Counted from the stretch's first letter, positions 47,982 through 58,633 are shown. The stretch: DNA of 64,000 nt from Candidatus Woesearchaeota archaeon (GCA_023265685.1 JAHFSP010000001.1:54975-118974), one strand, 5' to 3'. Notes: generated by a model from the sequence alone, not told the origin. A program made the numbers and translations.

Positions 47982-49346
47982 ATGGCAAAAATTAGCCCAG
48001 TAGCGGCAAAATATATTATTCATTCAACGATTACTATTGATGGCGTTGTTGATCGCCCAGACGTGATTGGAGCAATTTTCGGGCAAACCGAAGGATTGTT
48101 AGGAAACGACTTAGAATTACGTGAATTGCAACGTAGTGGACGTATCGGACGCATTGAAGTAAATATGAACACCACGTCTGGAAAGACGAAAGGCGAAATT
48201 ATCATTCCGAGTTCTCTTGATAAGACCGAAACAGCAATTGTTGCTGCAGCTTTGGAAATTATTCAACGTATTGGTCCTTGTAACGCCAAAATTGAAGTTG
48301 GTAAAATTGAAGATGTCCGTACTAGTAAACGTCAATTTGTTATTGAAAGAGCAAAAGAACTCTTGCGTGAACTTACTGATAGCACCCTTCCGGATTCACA
48401 GGAAATTTCCGATGAAGTTGCACAGTCCGTACGTATGATGGAAGTTGGTGAATATGGTAAAGATCGTCTTGCAGCTGGACCTGCTATTGAAGAAAGTGAG
48501 GAGATTATCATTGTAGAAGGTCGTGCTGATGTTCTTAACTTGCTTAAACATGGGTTCAAGAATGCGATTGCTATGAATGGTTCATCTTGTCCTGCGACAA
48601 TTAAAGAGTTAGCACGTCGCAAAACTGTTACAGCATTCGTTGACGGGGACCGTGGCGGAGATCTTAATGTACGAGAGCTGTTAAGTGTTACGGAGATTGA
48701 TTTCGTTTGTAAAGCTCCTGATGGTAAAGAAGTTGAAGAACTTACCAAAAAAGAACTCCACAAATGCTTACGTGGCCGAATTACTGCTGAACAAGCAAAA
48801 ATGGATCTTGGTATTGATGATGATGGTGGACTTAAAATGGATGAAGTCACTCTACGTCAACAGCCTTTTGCTCGACAGCCAAAACCACAACAAAACAATG
48901 GAGCACCACAACGTCGTCCTGAAAATGGACCACGCGAAGGTGGGCGTGAACATTCACAACCTGCTCCTCGTTTTAGTACCAATCAACGTGGACCTGCTCC
49001 CCCACGCGTTGTAGCTCAAGAAGCTGCTCGTGAGGAAGGAAGTGCACGTGCTACAACTGCTGATGAAAAGAAGAAACTTAAATCAACCATGGAAGATCTT
49101 TTCGGCACCCGTGGTGCATGCATCTTTGATTCTAAACTTAACATTCTGGGCAAAGTTCCATTAAGCGAAGTTAGCACCACCATTAAAAGTTTGAATGGCG
49201 GCGTGTATGCTCTTGCAGTTGATGGCGCAATTGATCTTGATTTAGTTAAAGTTGCTGAGAAGGTTGGTGTTGCTGTGCTTGTAGGTACTGGTAACAAAGT
49301 TAAAGAATCTTCAAAAGTAACGATTTTGACTGACGATCAACTTTAG
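47982..49346 (+). CDS. dnaG: Archaeal DnaG (TOPRIM; exosome-associated)
   Basis: DVIGAIFGQTEGLLG, VEGRADV, FVDGDRGG; GGAGG ribosome-binding site. Confidence 0.96.
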   Translation: MAKISPVAAKYIIHSTITIDGVVDRPDVIGAIFGQTEGLLGNDLELRELQRSGRIGRIEVNMNTTSGKTKGEIIIPSSLDKTETAIVAAALEIIQRIGPCNAKIEVGKIEDVRTSKRQFVIERAKELLRELTDSTLPDSQEISDEVAQSVRMMEVGEYGKDRLAAGPAIEESEEIIIVEGRADVLNLLKHGFKNAIAMNGSSCPATIKELARRKTVTAFVDGDRGGDLNVRELLSVTEIDFVCKAPDGKEVEELTKKELHKCLRGRITAEQAKMDLGIDDDGGLKMDEVTLRQQPFARQPKPQQNNGAPQRRPENGPREGGREHSQPAPRFSTNQRGPAPPRVVAQEAAREEGSARATTADEKKKLKSTMEDLFGTRGACIFDSKLNILGKVPLSEVSTTIKSLNGGVYALAVDGAIDLDLVKVAEKVGVAVLVGTGNKVKESSKVTILTDDQL

Positions 49347-49448
49347 GATTGAGTTTTTAATTTTATTTTTTCTGTTTTCTTTTTATCAATTAAGTTAGAT
49401 TGTTTGCTGAACATTGGTTTTATATAATTGCTCTTTTCTTTTTTAATT

Positions 49449-50327
49449 ATGAACTTAAACCCCTCCGTGTCCATTATCATTGCGACGATTATTTGGGGTC
49501 TTTCGGGTGTTTTTGTTAAATCGATTGCACTGCCTAGTACAGTGGTTGCTGCGTTTAGATTGGGAATTCCAGCATTTGTACTAGGGGGATACCTTCTCTA
49601 TAAGCGCTATCCAATTATTGAGAATTTTTCACGCTTTTTAGTGATAGTATCATTACTTAATGCAATACGTTTATTTTTATTTCTAAAAGGACTAGAATAT
49701 ACAACAATTACTCTCTCAGTGTTAATGAACTATACTTCCCCGGTATTTGTATTGTTGTTCTCAGTTTTATTATTACGTGAGAAGATTACATTGCGCCTCA
49801 TTTTAGTATTGTTAAGTATTTTTGTGGGGATAGGAATCTTATTTTTAGGGCACGAATTCTTTGCAACATCAGGAAATTTGGTTGGTTGCCTTTTGATGTT
49901 AGGAGGATCTATTATCTATGCATTTTCCATCGTTCTGCTTAAGAAACATAGCAAAGGATATGGTTATCTTGAACTTCTCTTTTATCAAAATATCCTGGGT
50001 GCGTTAATTTACTTGCCGTTTCTTTTGATGGCAGTACCGATGATTCCTGGGCCCACATTTGGCCTCTCCATTGTATATGGCCTAACTATTGGATTAATCG
50101 GATTTATGTTCTATTTTTACGGCTTTAATCGAATGAATGTGAGCGTATCATCTTTACTCACTTACTTTGAAGTTGTTACAGGTATTCTCTTTGGCGTACT
50201 CCTTTTCCATGAGACTATTACTTGGAGAATTGTTGTAGGAGCAATTTTTATTATTGCACCTTTATTCTTTGTTCATGAGAGAAAACCAATTGCAATCCAG
50301 AAGGCTGGGTCGTTGAAAATAAGATAG
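49449..50327 (+). CDS. EamA/DMT family transporter
   Basis: About 10 TM segments; IWG, R, P and LLREK repeat pattern. Confidence 0.9.
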   Translation: MNLNPSVSIIIATIIWGLSGVFVKSIALPSTVVAAFRLGIPAFVLGGYLLYKRYPIIENFSRFLVIVSLLNAIRLFLFLKGLEYTTITLSVLMNYTSPVFVLLFSVLLLREKITLRLILVLLSIFVGIGILFLGHEFFATSGNLVGCLLMLGGSIIYAFSIVLLKKHSKGYGYLELLFYQNILGALIYLPFLLMAVPMIPGPTFGLSIVYGLTIGLIGFMFYFYGFNRMNVSVSSLLTYFEVVTGILFGVLLFHETITWRIVVGAIFIIAPLFFVHERKPIAIQKAGSLKIR

Positions 50328-50376
50328 ATTTGTAGGAACAACTGCCCTATTTTTTGACTGTGAACAAGCTGAGATT

Positions 50377-51192
50377 TTACCCGGATTTGATGGGCATTTC
50401 CTTTCCTAAATACTTGAGCACATTCTCTTTGTATTTAGGGTGGTTGGGAAATTGTTCGCAGAGTTTTTCGTATTCGTAGCGTATTGCAGGAAGAGCAACT
50501 TTCGGTTTTCCTTTGAGAACTTGAAAAATGGCCGGATTAGTTGTGGCAGCACGAGCGACCATAATTTCATTAATCCCTAATTTTTGGAAATGTTTTATGT
50601 CTTCTATTTTGGTGATATCACCGTTGGCAATGATTTTTTTACCTGTTTTGAGGATATCTTCAAAGACGCTCCAATCAGCAGGATCCATAGATTTTTCTCG
50701 GGCATGACGTGCATGAACAATAAAAGCATCGGCATCCACATCTTTAATGAGGTTGAGATAAACTTTGTGTTCTTTTTCGTAGGCATTGAGTCCTAAGCGC
50801 ATTTTGATAGTTACAGGAAGACCGAGTTGTTGGAGAATTTTGACAAGCTCTTGGACACGCGCGACGCGTTTAATGAGAGCAGCGCCACTGCCTTCACGAA
50901 TGACGTCAGGACTAGGACAGCCAAGATTAAGATTAAACCCGACAGGTTTGATGTTGTATAAATGGAAGACGTCAACAAATTTTTGGAGTGTTGTGGGTTT
51001 GGTGGTGAGAAGTTGGATGATAGTGGGCGTGTCGTTTTTGAGATCAAGCATCGCAAGCGTCGATTTGTTGCCTCGTACGAGAGCATCGACACGAATCATC
51101 TCGGTATAAGTAACATCAGCACCATAATTGTAACACAGCGTACGAAATGCGCAATCAGAGACGCCTTCGAGGGGAGCAAGATGGATGATCAT
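50377..51192 (-). CDS. dus: tRNA-dihydrouridine synthase family protein
   Basis: LAPLEGVSD, NLNLGCP, G.GAAL, KMRLG, VHAR, NGDI. Confidence 0.92.
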   Translation of the reverse strand: MIIHLAPLEGVSDCAFRTLCYNYGADVTYTEMIRVDALVRGNKSTLAMLDLKNDTPTIIQLLTTKPTTLQKFVDVFHLYNIKPVGFNLNLGCPSPDVIREGSGAALIKRVARVQELVKILQQLGLPVTIKMRLGLNAYEKEHKVYLNLIKDVDADAFIVHARHAREKSMDPADWSVFEDILKTGKKIIANGDITKIEDIKHFQKLGINEIMVARAATTNPAIFQVLKGKPKVALPAIRYEYEKLCEQFPNHPKYKENVLKYLGKEMPIKSG

Positions 51193-51293
51193 TTAGATTC
51201 TAGAATAAGGGTTTATTATAAAGTATTGTCTTAAAACTAGTGTTTACAAAAGAGATAATAGTTATTTTAAAGAATCGCTCAAATAAGACTACT

Positions 51294-53054
51294 ATGAATC
51301 AATTCCTTCCTGTCTCTCTTTTTGAGGGCAAACAGCACTACTCTGATTTCACGCAGTTTGATGTCGTGTTTGTGACAGGTGATCCTTATTATGATCATCC
51401 GCTTAGTGGGATGTCGATTATTGCTCGGCTATTAGATGCGAAAGGGTACAAAGTAGGTATTATCCAGCAGCCAGAAACGGATGAAGAATTTATGAAATGT
51501 GGGCAGCCAAAATATTTCTTTTGTATTACGAGCGGTCTTCTGGATTCGATGCTGGCTAATTATACTCCGATGTTGCATAAGCGGGAAAATGTACTTGTTC
51601 CTGAGAGGGCATTAATTACGTATACACAAAAAATTAAAACGCTCTTTAAAGGTTCGATTACGGTTTTGGGAGGTGTGGAAGCTACGATTCGTCGGTTTAC
51701 TCATTTTGATTACAAAGAGAACGGATTGCGTCGAGGAATATTACATGATAGCAAAGCAGACTTGATAATTTTTGCAAACGCTGAACGGGCAATTTTGACG
51801 TTATTAGAAAGAATGAACACAGAAATAAGAAAAGTTAATGGAGAGAGAAGAGAGTTCTCACAGATTCGGTCCGGGCTAGATCTTTTTTCCATCGATGGAG
51901 TGTCGTTTCGGATTAAGAAAGATGAAATTAAACCAGATATTCGTATTTTACCTAGTTTTGAGCAGTGTGTCGAGAACAAAGAAGAATTTAGTTTGCTTAC
52001 TCGATTGCATTATTTACTTCCGGATGCGCCATTTATTGAACCAACTGGTGCTGGTTTTATCCGACATAATCGTCCTGAACATACTCTCACCCAAGAAGAG
52101 ATGGATCTGATTTATGAATTGCCGTTTGTGCGTGAGATTCATCCAGCAGCTAAGAACCGTGATTTTAACGTGCAGATGGTTGAGAAGCTTGCCGCGTCGG
52201 TGATTATTGGCCGAGGATGCTGGGGAAGTTGTAATTTTTGTGTGATTCCGTTGGTACAAGGTAAAGAAGTTGCCAAACGCAGTAAAGAAGGAATAGTTCG
52301 AGAGATTGAATCACTTTATGCTAAAGGGGTGCGTAAGGTCAATGATCTTACCCTACCAACACTTAATATGTATGGATCATATTGTGATCTCTATAAACAC
52401 CCTAAAGAAATTTATTCGCCTGTAATTAGGAAGATGATAACAGTGTACAACAAGAAAGAGTATTGTAACCAAGAGTGCGTTGGTTGTTCTCATCGTCAGA
52501 TTAGTGATGATTTAATGCCAATTTTAGAAGCTGTGGAGAAGCTTAACATGAAGTATCAGGGAACTACGATGGAGTTGCGTTCTGCCCTACGACATGATAT
52601 TATCTTGGATCAGAAGAAACTTTTTCGTAAAATTATGCAGTTTACGACTCGTCTTAAAATTGCTCCTGAACATATTTCGGATAAAGTGTTGGCATCGATG
52701 AACAAAGCAACACGTAAAGAGTTTGAATTATTTTTGGAAGAGTTTGAGAAAGTGAACAAGGAACAGGGTACGCGGAAAAGATTGGTACCTTATTTTGTCG
52801 CAGCACATCCTGGCTCGACGCAAGAAGACATGGATGAGTTGAAACGGTTTTGTGAGGATAAGAAACTGTTTGTGAATTTAACTCAAGTCTTTACGCCTAC
52901 ACCTGGCACGGCTTCAACTGCAACATATTATACTGGAATTGAGACACGAAATAAAAAAAATGTGTACGTTCCTCGAGCGTTTCGTGAGAAGAAAGATCAA
53001 AAATATACATTAATGAGGAAGGAAGAGCAGGATGTAAGTGATGAGAGTGGATGA
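51294..53054 (+). CDS. YgiQ-family radical SAM protein
   Basis: DVVFVTGDPYYDHP, GGVEATIRR, RGCWGSCNFC, KIAPEH, AAHPG, QVFTPTPGT. Confidence 0.9.
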   Translation: MNQFLPVSLFEGKQHYSDFTQFDVVFVTGDPYYDHPLSGMSIIARLLDAKGYKVGIIQQPETDEEFMKCGQPKYFFCITSGLLDSMLANYTPMLHKRENVLVPERALITYTQKIKTLFKGSITVLGGVEATIRRFTHFDYKENGLRRGILHDSKADLIIFANAERAILTLLERMNTEIRKVNGERREFSQIRSGLDLFSIDGVSFRIKKDEIKPDIRILPSFEQCVENKEEFSLLTRLHYLLPDAPFIEPTGAGFIRHNRPEHTLTQEEMDLIYELPFVREIHPAAKNRDFNVQMVEKLAASVIIGRGCWGSCNFCVIPLVQGKEVAKRSKEGIVREIESLYAKGVRKVNDLTLPTLNMYGSYCDLYKHPKEIYSPVIRKMITVYNKKEYCNQECVGCSHRQISDDLMPILEAVEKLNMKYQGTTMELRSALRHDIILDQKKLFRKIMQFTTRLKIAPEHISDKVLASMNKATRKEFELFLEEFEKVNKEQGTRKRLVPYFVAAHPGSTQEDMDELKRFCEDKKLFVNLTQVFTPTPGTASTATYYTGIETRNKKNVYVPRAFREKKDQKYTLMRKEEQDVSDESG

Positions 53055-53264
53055 GTATCTTGTTTTTATATATTACTCACTGGGTTTAGTAAACGAAGGG
53101 TTTGTTTTCCCTTCAGTACAGAAAACGAATAGATTTTAGCTTTCATGTACTCTGTAGCTCTGCGCAGAAATGAGTTCATTTCATGCACCAGTAGTGATCT
53201 GCATTCATTGACTCTCCGTCGTATTTCTTGTGTTGTGGTTTCTTACTTCTTCAAACAATTCTTT

Positions 53265-53663
53265 CTACTCATACGTCTCAGGATCAAACGATGAAATCAA
53301 AAAAATAGTAAATCCTAGTTGAAATAGTGCTGAAACAATACTTATTATCGTAATAATAAAAACCATCTGTGCAGTCATCATATTAAGAATTCCCAACGTG
53401 ATCCCCAAAATAAAAAAAAGCAAACTACTAATAACGCCATACACCGGCAACACAAACAAAACTCGCGGTGCTTGCCACTTCACATAAAAGATAAACGTTA
53501 CCAAATGGTAAAAGAAAAAGAACAGCAATGCTCCTGCCGCAACACTTGCAAGTAAACTTACCCGCTTTCCCAACAACAATAAAATATCATTACTCAGACT
53601 CAAAAGAACAAACCCGATCATCAATAGAATGTACATCTGAAGGTAACCACGATTAAGAGCCAT
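53265..53663 (-). CDS. Hypothetical 4-TM membrane protein
   Basis: Highly hydrophobic 132-aa ORF. Confidence 0.65.
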   Translation of the reverse strand: MALNRGYLQMYILLMIGFVLLSLSNDILLLLGKRVSLLASVAAGALLFFFFYHLVTFIFYVKWQAPRVLFVLPVYGVISSLLFFILGITLGILNMMTAQMVFIITIISIVSALFQLGFTIFLISSFDPETYE

Positions 53664-53826
53664 ACCAGTAGAATAGTTGTTTTGTTATATATTGTTTACG
53701 GATTCGTCGGTTTATTTACCCATCTACAACCCCAATCTACAACCCTAAAAACGTTCTCAGAACCTCCAAGCAGACCTCTCAATTGGCTAGAAATCTTTAT
53801 AAATAACCTCTTTTTCAAGCTTTTGT

Positions 53827-54357
53827 ATGGTACGCTTACGTAAATTTTCCGCATATCAAAACCTAGAACGCCCGTATACTCGGATTAGTAAGTATACCAA
53901 GAAAAATTACGTTCGTGGTGGTTTCCCTAACCTTAAAATTACTAAATTTGATATGGGAAGTCCTTCAAGAACCTACGATACAACTATTCGTCTCTGCGTA
54001 ACACTGGACATGAACATCCGTCAAAACGCTCTTGAGGCAGCTCGTCAAACATCTAATCGGGTATTAGAAAAAGCTATCGGAAAAGATTATCACCTTCGTC
54101 TCAAACTCTATCCTTTTCATGTTCTTCGTGAAAACCCTCTTGCATCAGGTGCAGGAGCAGATCGTACTAGTACAGGTATGCAGAAAGCATATGGGAAACC
54201 TATTGGGTCTGCTGCACGTGTCCATGCTGGTCAAACTGTTTTTGAACTACGATTAGCAAAAGCAAATATTACTACTGGTCGCCTTGCTATGGAAAGAGCA
54301 TCAAAGAAACTTCCTTGCCACTGCAAAATTCAAGTCATTGAACCTGCAGTAGTATAA
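53827..54357 (+). CDS. rpl10e: 50S ribosomal protein L10e (uL16)
   Basis: ALEAAR, YPFHVLREN, GAGADR...GM..AYGKP. Confidence 0.96.
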   Translation: MVRLRKFSAYQNLERPYTRISKYTKKNYVRGGFPNLKITKFDMGSPSRTYDTTIRLCVTLDMNIRQNALEAARQTSNRVLEKAIGKDYHLRLKLYPFHVLRENPLASGAGADRTSTGMQKAYGKPIGSAARVHAGQTVFELRLAKANITTGRLAMERASKKLPCHCKIQVIEPAVV

Positions 54358-54508
54358 ATTCTGCTTTTTCTTACGTTATCATTCGTTCTCTTTGTGTAAA
54401 TTTCAGTTCCCTCTCTTCATTCTTATTCCTTCTTATACTTTCTTAACTCTATAAAAATCAAAAGAAATCAAAAACAAATCCATCACCATTAAAGATATAC
54501 TACTAAAA

Positions 54509-54880
54509 CTAATCCTTCGTACTATCTTGATTCTTAGAAAAATCTTCATGTTGTTGCTCCAACTCATAAATAGCTCGGCGCAATTGAAGTTGACGTACTG
54601 CAACCTGATCCGGCTCTTTACCAGAAGTTTGATCCTGCGCCGCATTCAAAAATTCACTAGCCTGTCGTCCATCAATATAATCAATATCTTCTTCATGCGT
54701 CTGATGAGAAAGAATATGCATCTTATGACGAACTAACTCTAATTCTTCTTCAAGTTGTTGGTAAACTGGTGCAGCAGGATTTATTTTTACTGGCACACTA
54801 ACCGTCACGTTCGGCTCAATCAAATCATCTCCTGATTCAGAATGCCTTCGTCGTTGTGCAAACCAGCGTTGTAAAAACAT
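54509..54880 (-). CDS. Hypothetical protein
   Basis: Start at MFLQRW with a GGAG ribosome-binding site. Confidence 0.55.
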   Translation of the reverse strand: MFLQRWFAQRRRHSESGDDLIEPNVTVSVPVKINPAAPVYQQLEEELELVRHKMHILSHQTHEEDIDYIDGRQASEFLNAAQDQTSGKEPDQVAVRQLQLRRAIYELEQQHEDFSKNQDSTKD

Positions 54881-54943
54881 ATTATCTCCTCTTTTTTCCA
54901 AACCTATTAACCTACTATTAACCTATTCTGGGTCAAACCTATC

Positions 54944-55975
54944 CTAATCTAAATCAATTTCTTCTTCGCGTGCTTCAGCGTCTTCTCTCTGCTTTTCCTC
55001 AAGCTTAAGTGCGGTCTGTTCAGCATAAAAAACAACGGCACGTGTTGCAATCTCTGCTTTAATCTCATCAAGTGTTTTATGTTTGGTAGCAAATCCCGCA
55101 AGCTGTTCCTGTGTAAGTATATCCTTCTTACTCACATACACAAAAATTGGTTTACGCATTCGCAACGTCTTAAACAAACGCTCTTGATTTTCAAAAGGAT
55201 AACCACAATACTCACTAATATCAAAAACATAAATGATTGCCTGCGCAACTTCTTCAAGCACCAATTGGGCCTGCAACTCAATCGTATTCATTTTATCTGG
55301 ACGTGCTAATGTTCCAGGAACATCCAACACTTGAATAATTGCACCATCTTGAGTATAAAATCCCGAATTAATCGTTTTAGTTGTAAACGCGTAGGCTGCG
55401 GTAAGTGCTTTACTAGGAGTCAGCTTATTAAGCAAAGTACTTTTACCAACGTTAGGAAAGCCGTAGATACATACTGTAAACATGTCTGTTTTAATATCAG
55501 GATACGTTCGAAATATTTTACGTGCACTATCTAAGAATAATAGGTGGGGTTCACTACGTTTAATCACTGATGCAATCCGACCATATGTTTCAGTAGAAAT
55601 TGTTTTCATTTCTTCTCGATTAGTGCACTTAAAAATCCGTCGAACTGCATCACGATGCAATTTTTGCATGATTCTGGTTGAATCCACAAGTCCTTTAAGC
55701 GAGCGCTTATATGCTGCCATATCAATTGTCAATTCCATTAATCGCTGGTAGAATGGAGGAAGTGTGTATTCTAAAGGGAAATCCCTGTTCACCCGCTCAA
55801 ATGGCGGCAACAAAGTATCTTTAACAACATCTAATTTAAGTGATTCTTTAATTCGAATTTTCTCAATCCAGCTACCTTGAAGATCTTTCTGTCGACCTTT
55901 CATACGAGCCTTTCGAAAAGAGTTATGAAGAATCTCTTTTACTTTTGGAACTTCTCCAATTTTTTGAAAATTCAT
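54944..55975 (-). CDS. Nog1-family GTPase
   Basis: LPPFY, YGRIASV, GFPNVGKS, AYAFTTK, DVPG, DISEYCGY. Confidence 0.92.
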   Translation of the reverse strand: MNFQKIGEVPKVKEILHNSFRKARMKGRQKDLQGSWIEKIRIKESLKLDVVKDTLLPPFERVNRDFPLEYTLPPFYQRLMELTIDMAAYKRSLKGLVDSTRIMQKLHRDAVRRIFKCTNREEMKTISTETYGRIASVIKRSEPHLLFLDSARKIFRTYPDIKTDMFTVCIYGFPNVGKSTLLNKLTPSKALTAAYAFTTKTINSGFYTQDGAIIQVLDVPGTLARPDKMNTIELQAQLVLEEVAQAIIYVFDISEYCGYPFENQERLFKTLRMRKPIFVYVSKKDILTQEQLAGFATKHKTLDEIKAEIATRAVVFYAEQTALKLEEKQREDAEAREEEIDLD

Positions 55976-56081
55976 AGTAGCAAAGAAGCAAGGCGCTTAT
56001 ATTAAGGTTTGTGCCTCATTTAGATAAATTCAACAAAGCAAAATTAAACCTCAAAATTGAACGTAAAGAGGAAGTCTCCTT

Positions 56082-57122
56082 TCATTTCCACTGATTTCTG
56101 GTATCGTAACTAACCACTTGATCACGGTCAGATACACCAAATCTGCCCTGTTTTGCAGCATACATCGCAAGATCAGCCTCTTCAATCAAAGCAGCAACTT
56201 CTTTCTTTTTATCGTTCCCAAAATAAGTAGTCAAACCTATGCTAGCAGTTTGTTGATGTTTTGTGTCAATACCTTTCTCTGCTAATCGCGAAGCATAATC
56301 TACTTCACGCACTGCCTTTAAGCATCGCTGCGCAACAAGCATTGCTTCATTTTGATTTTTAAGAATAAAAGCAAACACTAACTCTTCACCACCATACCGC
56401 AACCCAATATCCTCTTCACGTAAAGATTTTCTCATTGCTTGTGCTGAATTAGTAAGAACATAATCTCCAAAATCATGCCCATATTTATCATTCGCAAGTT
56501 TGAAATGATCTAAATCAGCAAGCAAGATCCCAATTCCATTATCTGTTTTGGTTACAGCGCAGGTTTCCAATAAAATTTTTATTCTCTCCATACCAATTTC
56601 CCGTCGAAGAAGACCAGTAAGATCATCATGGCTTAATTCATCAATTTTTCGTACTATTGTTAAATTATCAGCAATAACCTTAGCCATAAAACGAATCGTA
56701 TCTCGTGATGGATTAGCCTGAGTTGTTGGTGTATAAACATGAAGTTCTCCCATAACTTTCCCTCCAGCACTAACCATGGTTTCATGACGATAAGAACTCT
56801 CTCCAGTTTGTTGAGGGGCAAGTCCTACTGGCGTAAAAAGTTTTTCTAATGGGAGCAATTGTTCTCTTTCTAATTCACAGACACGCTTCTTATCCTTTTT
56901 ATAATCATTTTTTGCAGATTTTTCCAATTCAATACGAACCTGAGAACCAGGAATTATCGCACTTAAAAATGATTCATATCTGGCGATAGCAGTTGATACG
57001 CCATCTGCCATTTCATACAACCCCGTTAACAGAGTGTACAAATCTCTTTCTCGTAGATTAGAAAATGATCCATTGGCTCGTTCTCGAGCGTATTCAATGT
57101 GTTCTTGCAGCCCCATTTTCAT
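56082..57122 (-). CDS. GGDEF-domain diguanylate cyclase with an N-terminal GAF-like region
   Basis: DDLTGL, ADLDHFK.AND.YGH..GD, REED I-site, RYGGEEL, TASIG, ADLAMY.AK..G. Confidence 0.92.
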   Translation of the reverse strand: MKMGLQEHIEYARERANGSFSNLRERDLYTLLTGLYEMADGVSTAIARYESFLSAIIPGSQVRIELEKSAKNDYKKDKKRVCELEREQLLPLEKLFTPVGLAPQQTGESSYRHETMVSAGGKVMGELHVYTPTTQANPSRDTIRFMAKVIADNLTIVRKIDELSHDDLTGLLRREIGMERIKILLETCAVTKTDNGIGILLADLDHFKLANDKYGHDFGDYVLTNSAQAMRKSLREEDIGLRYGGEELVFAFILKNQNEAMLVAQRCLKAVREVDYASRLAEKGIDTKHQQTASIGLTTYFGNDKKKEVAALIEEADLAMYAAKQGRFGVSDRDQVVSYDTRNQWK

Positions 57123-57212
57123 TTTTAAAACTGATTACAATATAAACTTTTCTAGAATTATCCCTAAAAAGTAGTAAATAAAATCTAAAAATTCCTTTAC
57201 TCACCTCCGTCC

Positions 57213-58418
57213 ATGTTTTTCCCCATTTTTCTCTCATTAATTCTTGGCATCCTTAGCGGTATCATCACGGGTCTCTGCCCCGGCATTCACGTCAACCTTG
57301 TAACCGTCCTTCTACTCTCTTTCTCCCCCATCCTCTTAGAATTTACTTCACCAATTGTTCTAAGCGTCTACATTATCTCACTTGCTATCACTCACACCTT
57401 TCTAGACACCCTCCCAAGCATCTACCTAGGAGCTCCCGATGATTCAAAAGCCCTCGCGGCCCTTCCAGGTCATCGTCTACTACTCAAAGGTCAAGCCCAT
57501 AACGCTGTACTCTACACCATTCTCGGTTCATTTGGATCTTTACTATTAGGTACTGTTCTTGTTCCCCTCTTTCTCTACGGCATGCTCATCCTCGACCCCA
57601 TTCTTCAAGGCACTATCGGCTATCTTCTTATCATTATCATGACAATCATGATTTTACGTGAGCGCGGCAAACGACTCAAATGCCTCATTATTTTTCTACT
57701 CGCAGGAACACTTGGTGTTCTTGTCTTCACACTTAACAACCTCCACCAACCACTCTTTCACCTCCTCTCCGGACTCTTTGGTCTTTCCCTATTGCTAGTA
57801 AGTTTGTTTGAAACATCATTTCTACCTCAACAAGATTTCTCTATCTCACCAATCATTTCCCGTAAAGACACTATTCAATCCATTAGTGGTGCTACAATTA
57901 TGGGTTTTATTGCCGCTTTTCTTCCTGGATTTGGCTCATCACAAGCAGCCATCATGGCGAGTGCCGCAACTCCTAATATGAACGAAGAAGGATTCTTAAG
58001 TCTTGTAGGTGGCATCAACACTGCCAATATGCTTCTAAGTATCGTCGCCGCCTACACGATCCAAAAGGCGCGAAACGGTGCGATTGTCGGCGTCCAACAA
58101 CTCCTCTCTCAAGTAACCTTCTCCCACATGATTCTTTTTCTTGTTGTTGCGCTCATCAGCGGTGCCGCTGGCACACTCCTCACCATCAAATTCTCCCGTA
58201 TTTTCTCTCGCTACATCACAAAAATAAACTACTCTCTTCTAATAAAAATCATTATTATATTCATAATTTTTCTCTCCATCATCTTTGATGGCCCAATAGG
58301 CTTACTTATCTTAATCACCTCTACATCATTAGGGCTCCTTGCTCATCGTTGGGGCATTGCCAAAAATCACCTCATGGGCTGTCTAGTAATCCCTGTTATC
58401 CTCTATTTTGTACTCTAA
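57213..58418 (+). CDS. TctA-like / DUF112 membrane protein
   Basis: TGLCPGIHVN, ITHTFLD..PSIYLGAP, LPGH, FLPG.G.SQA, ARNG. Confidence 0.85.
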   Translation: MFFPIFLSLILGILSGIITGLCPGIHVNLVTVLLLSFSPILLEFTSPIVLSVYIISLAITHTFLDTLPSIYLGAPDDSKALAALPGHRLLLKGQAHNAVLYTILGSFGSLLLGTVLVPLFLYGMLILDPILQGTIGYLLIIIMTIMILRERGKRLKCLIIFLLAGTLGVLVFTLNNLHQPLFHLLSGLFGLSLLLVSLFETSFLPQQDFSISPIISRKDTIQSISGATIMGFIAAFLPGFGSSQAAIMASAATPNMNEEGFLSLVGGINTANMLLSIVAAYTIQKARNGAIVGVQQLLSQVTFSHMILFLVVALISGAAGTLLTIKFSRIFSRYITKINYSLLIKIIIIFIIFLSIIFDGPIGLLILITSTSLGLLAHRWGIAKNHLMGCLVIPVILYFVL

Positions 58419-58633
58419 ATCAGATAAGCAAAAATCTCCCGGATTCTCATAACTCCTAATCTAAGAAAATTCAATCAAAAAATTCCCAACATAAAATGCC
58501 CAAACTCCACAATAAAATCCCTATTAAAAAAAGCAGAATCGACACGAGTACGACATTCAAAATCATTCTTCCACCCTAGTGCATAAATACTCTTGCGGCA
58601 GATCGACCAAATCGACTTCCATCCTACTTAAAA

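Noticed and set aside
51198-51230. dif-like site (ATAA...TTAT) near the skew flip
   Set aside because: The spacer is not 6 bp, and the sequence is explained by divergent TATA promoters.
53722-53746. Short tandem repeats (ATCTACAACCC twice; also AACCTATT-like repeats at ~54900-54940)
   Set aside because: Only two or three short low-complexity copies, consistent with slippage.
58471-58566. 31-codon hydrophobic ORF (MILNVVLVSILLFLIGILLWSLGILCWEFFD) on the minus strand
   Set aside because: Too short to support, and a G/T-rich strand produces hydrophobic frames by chance.
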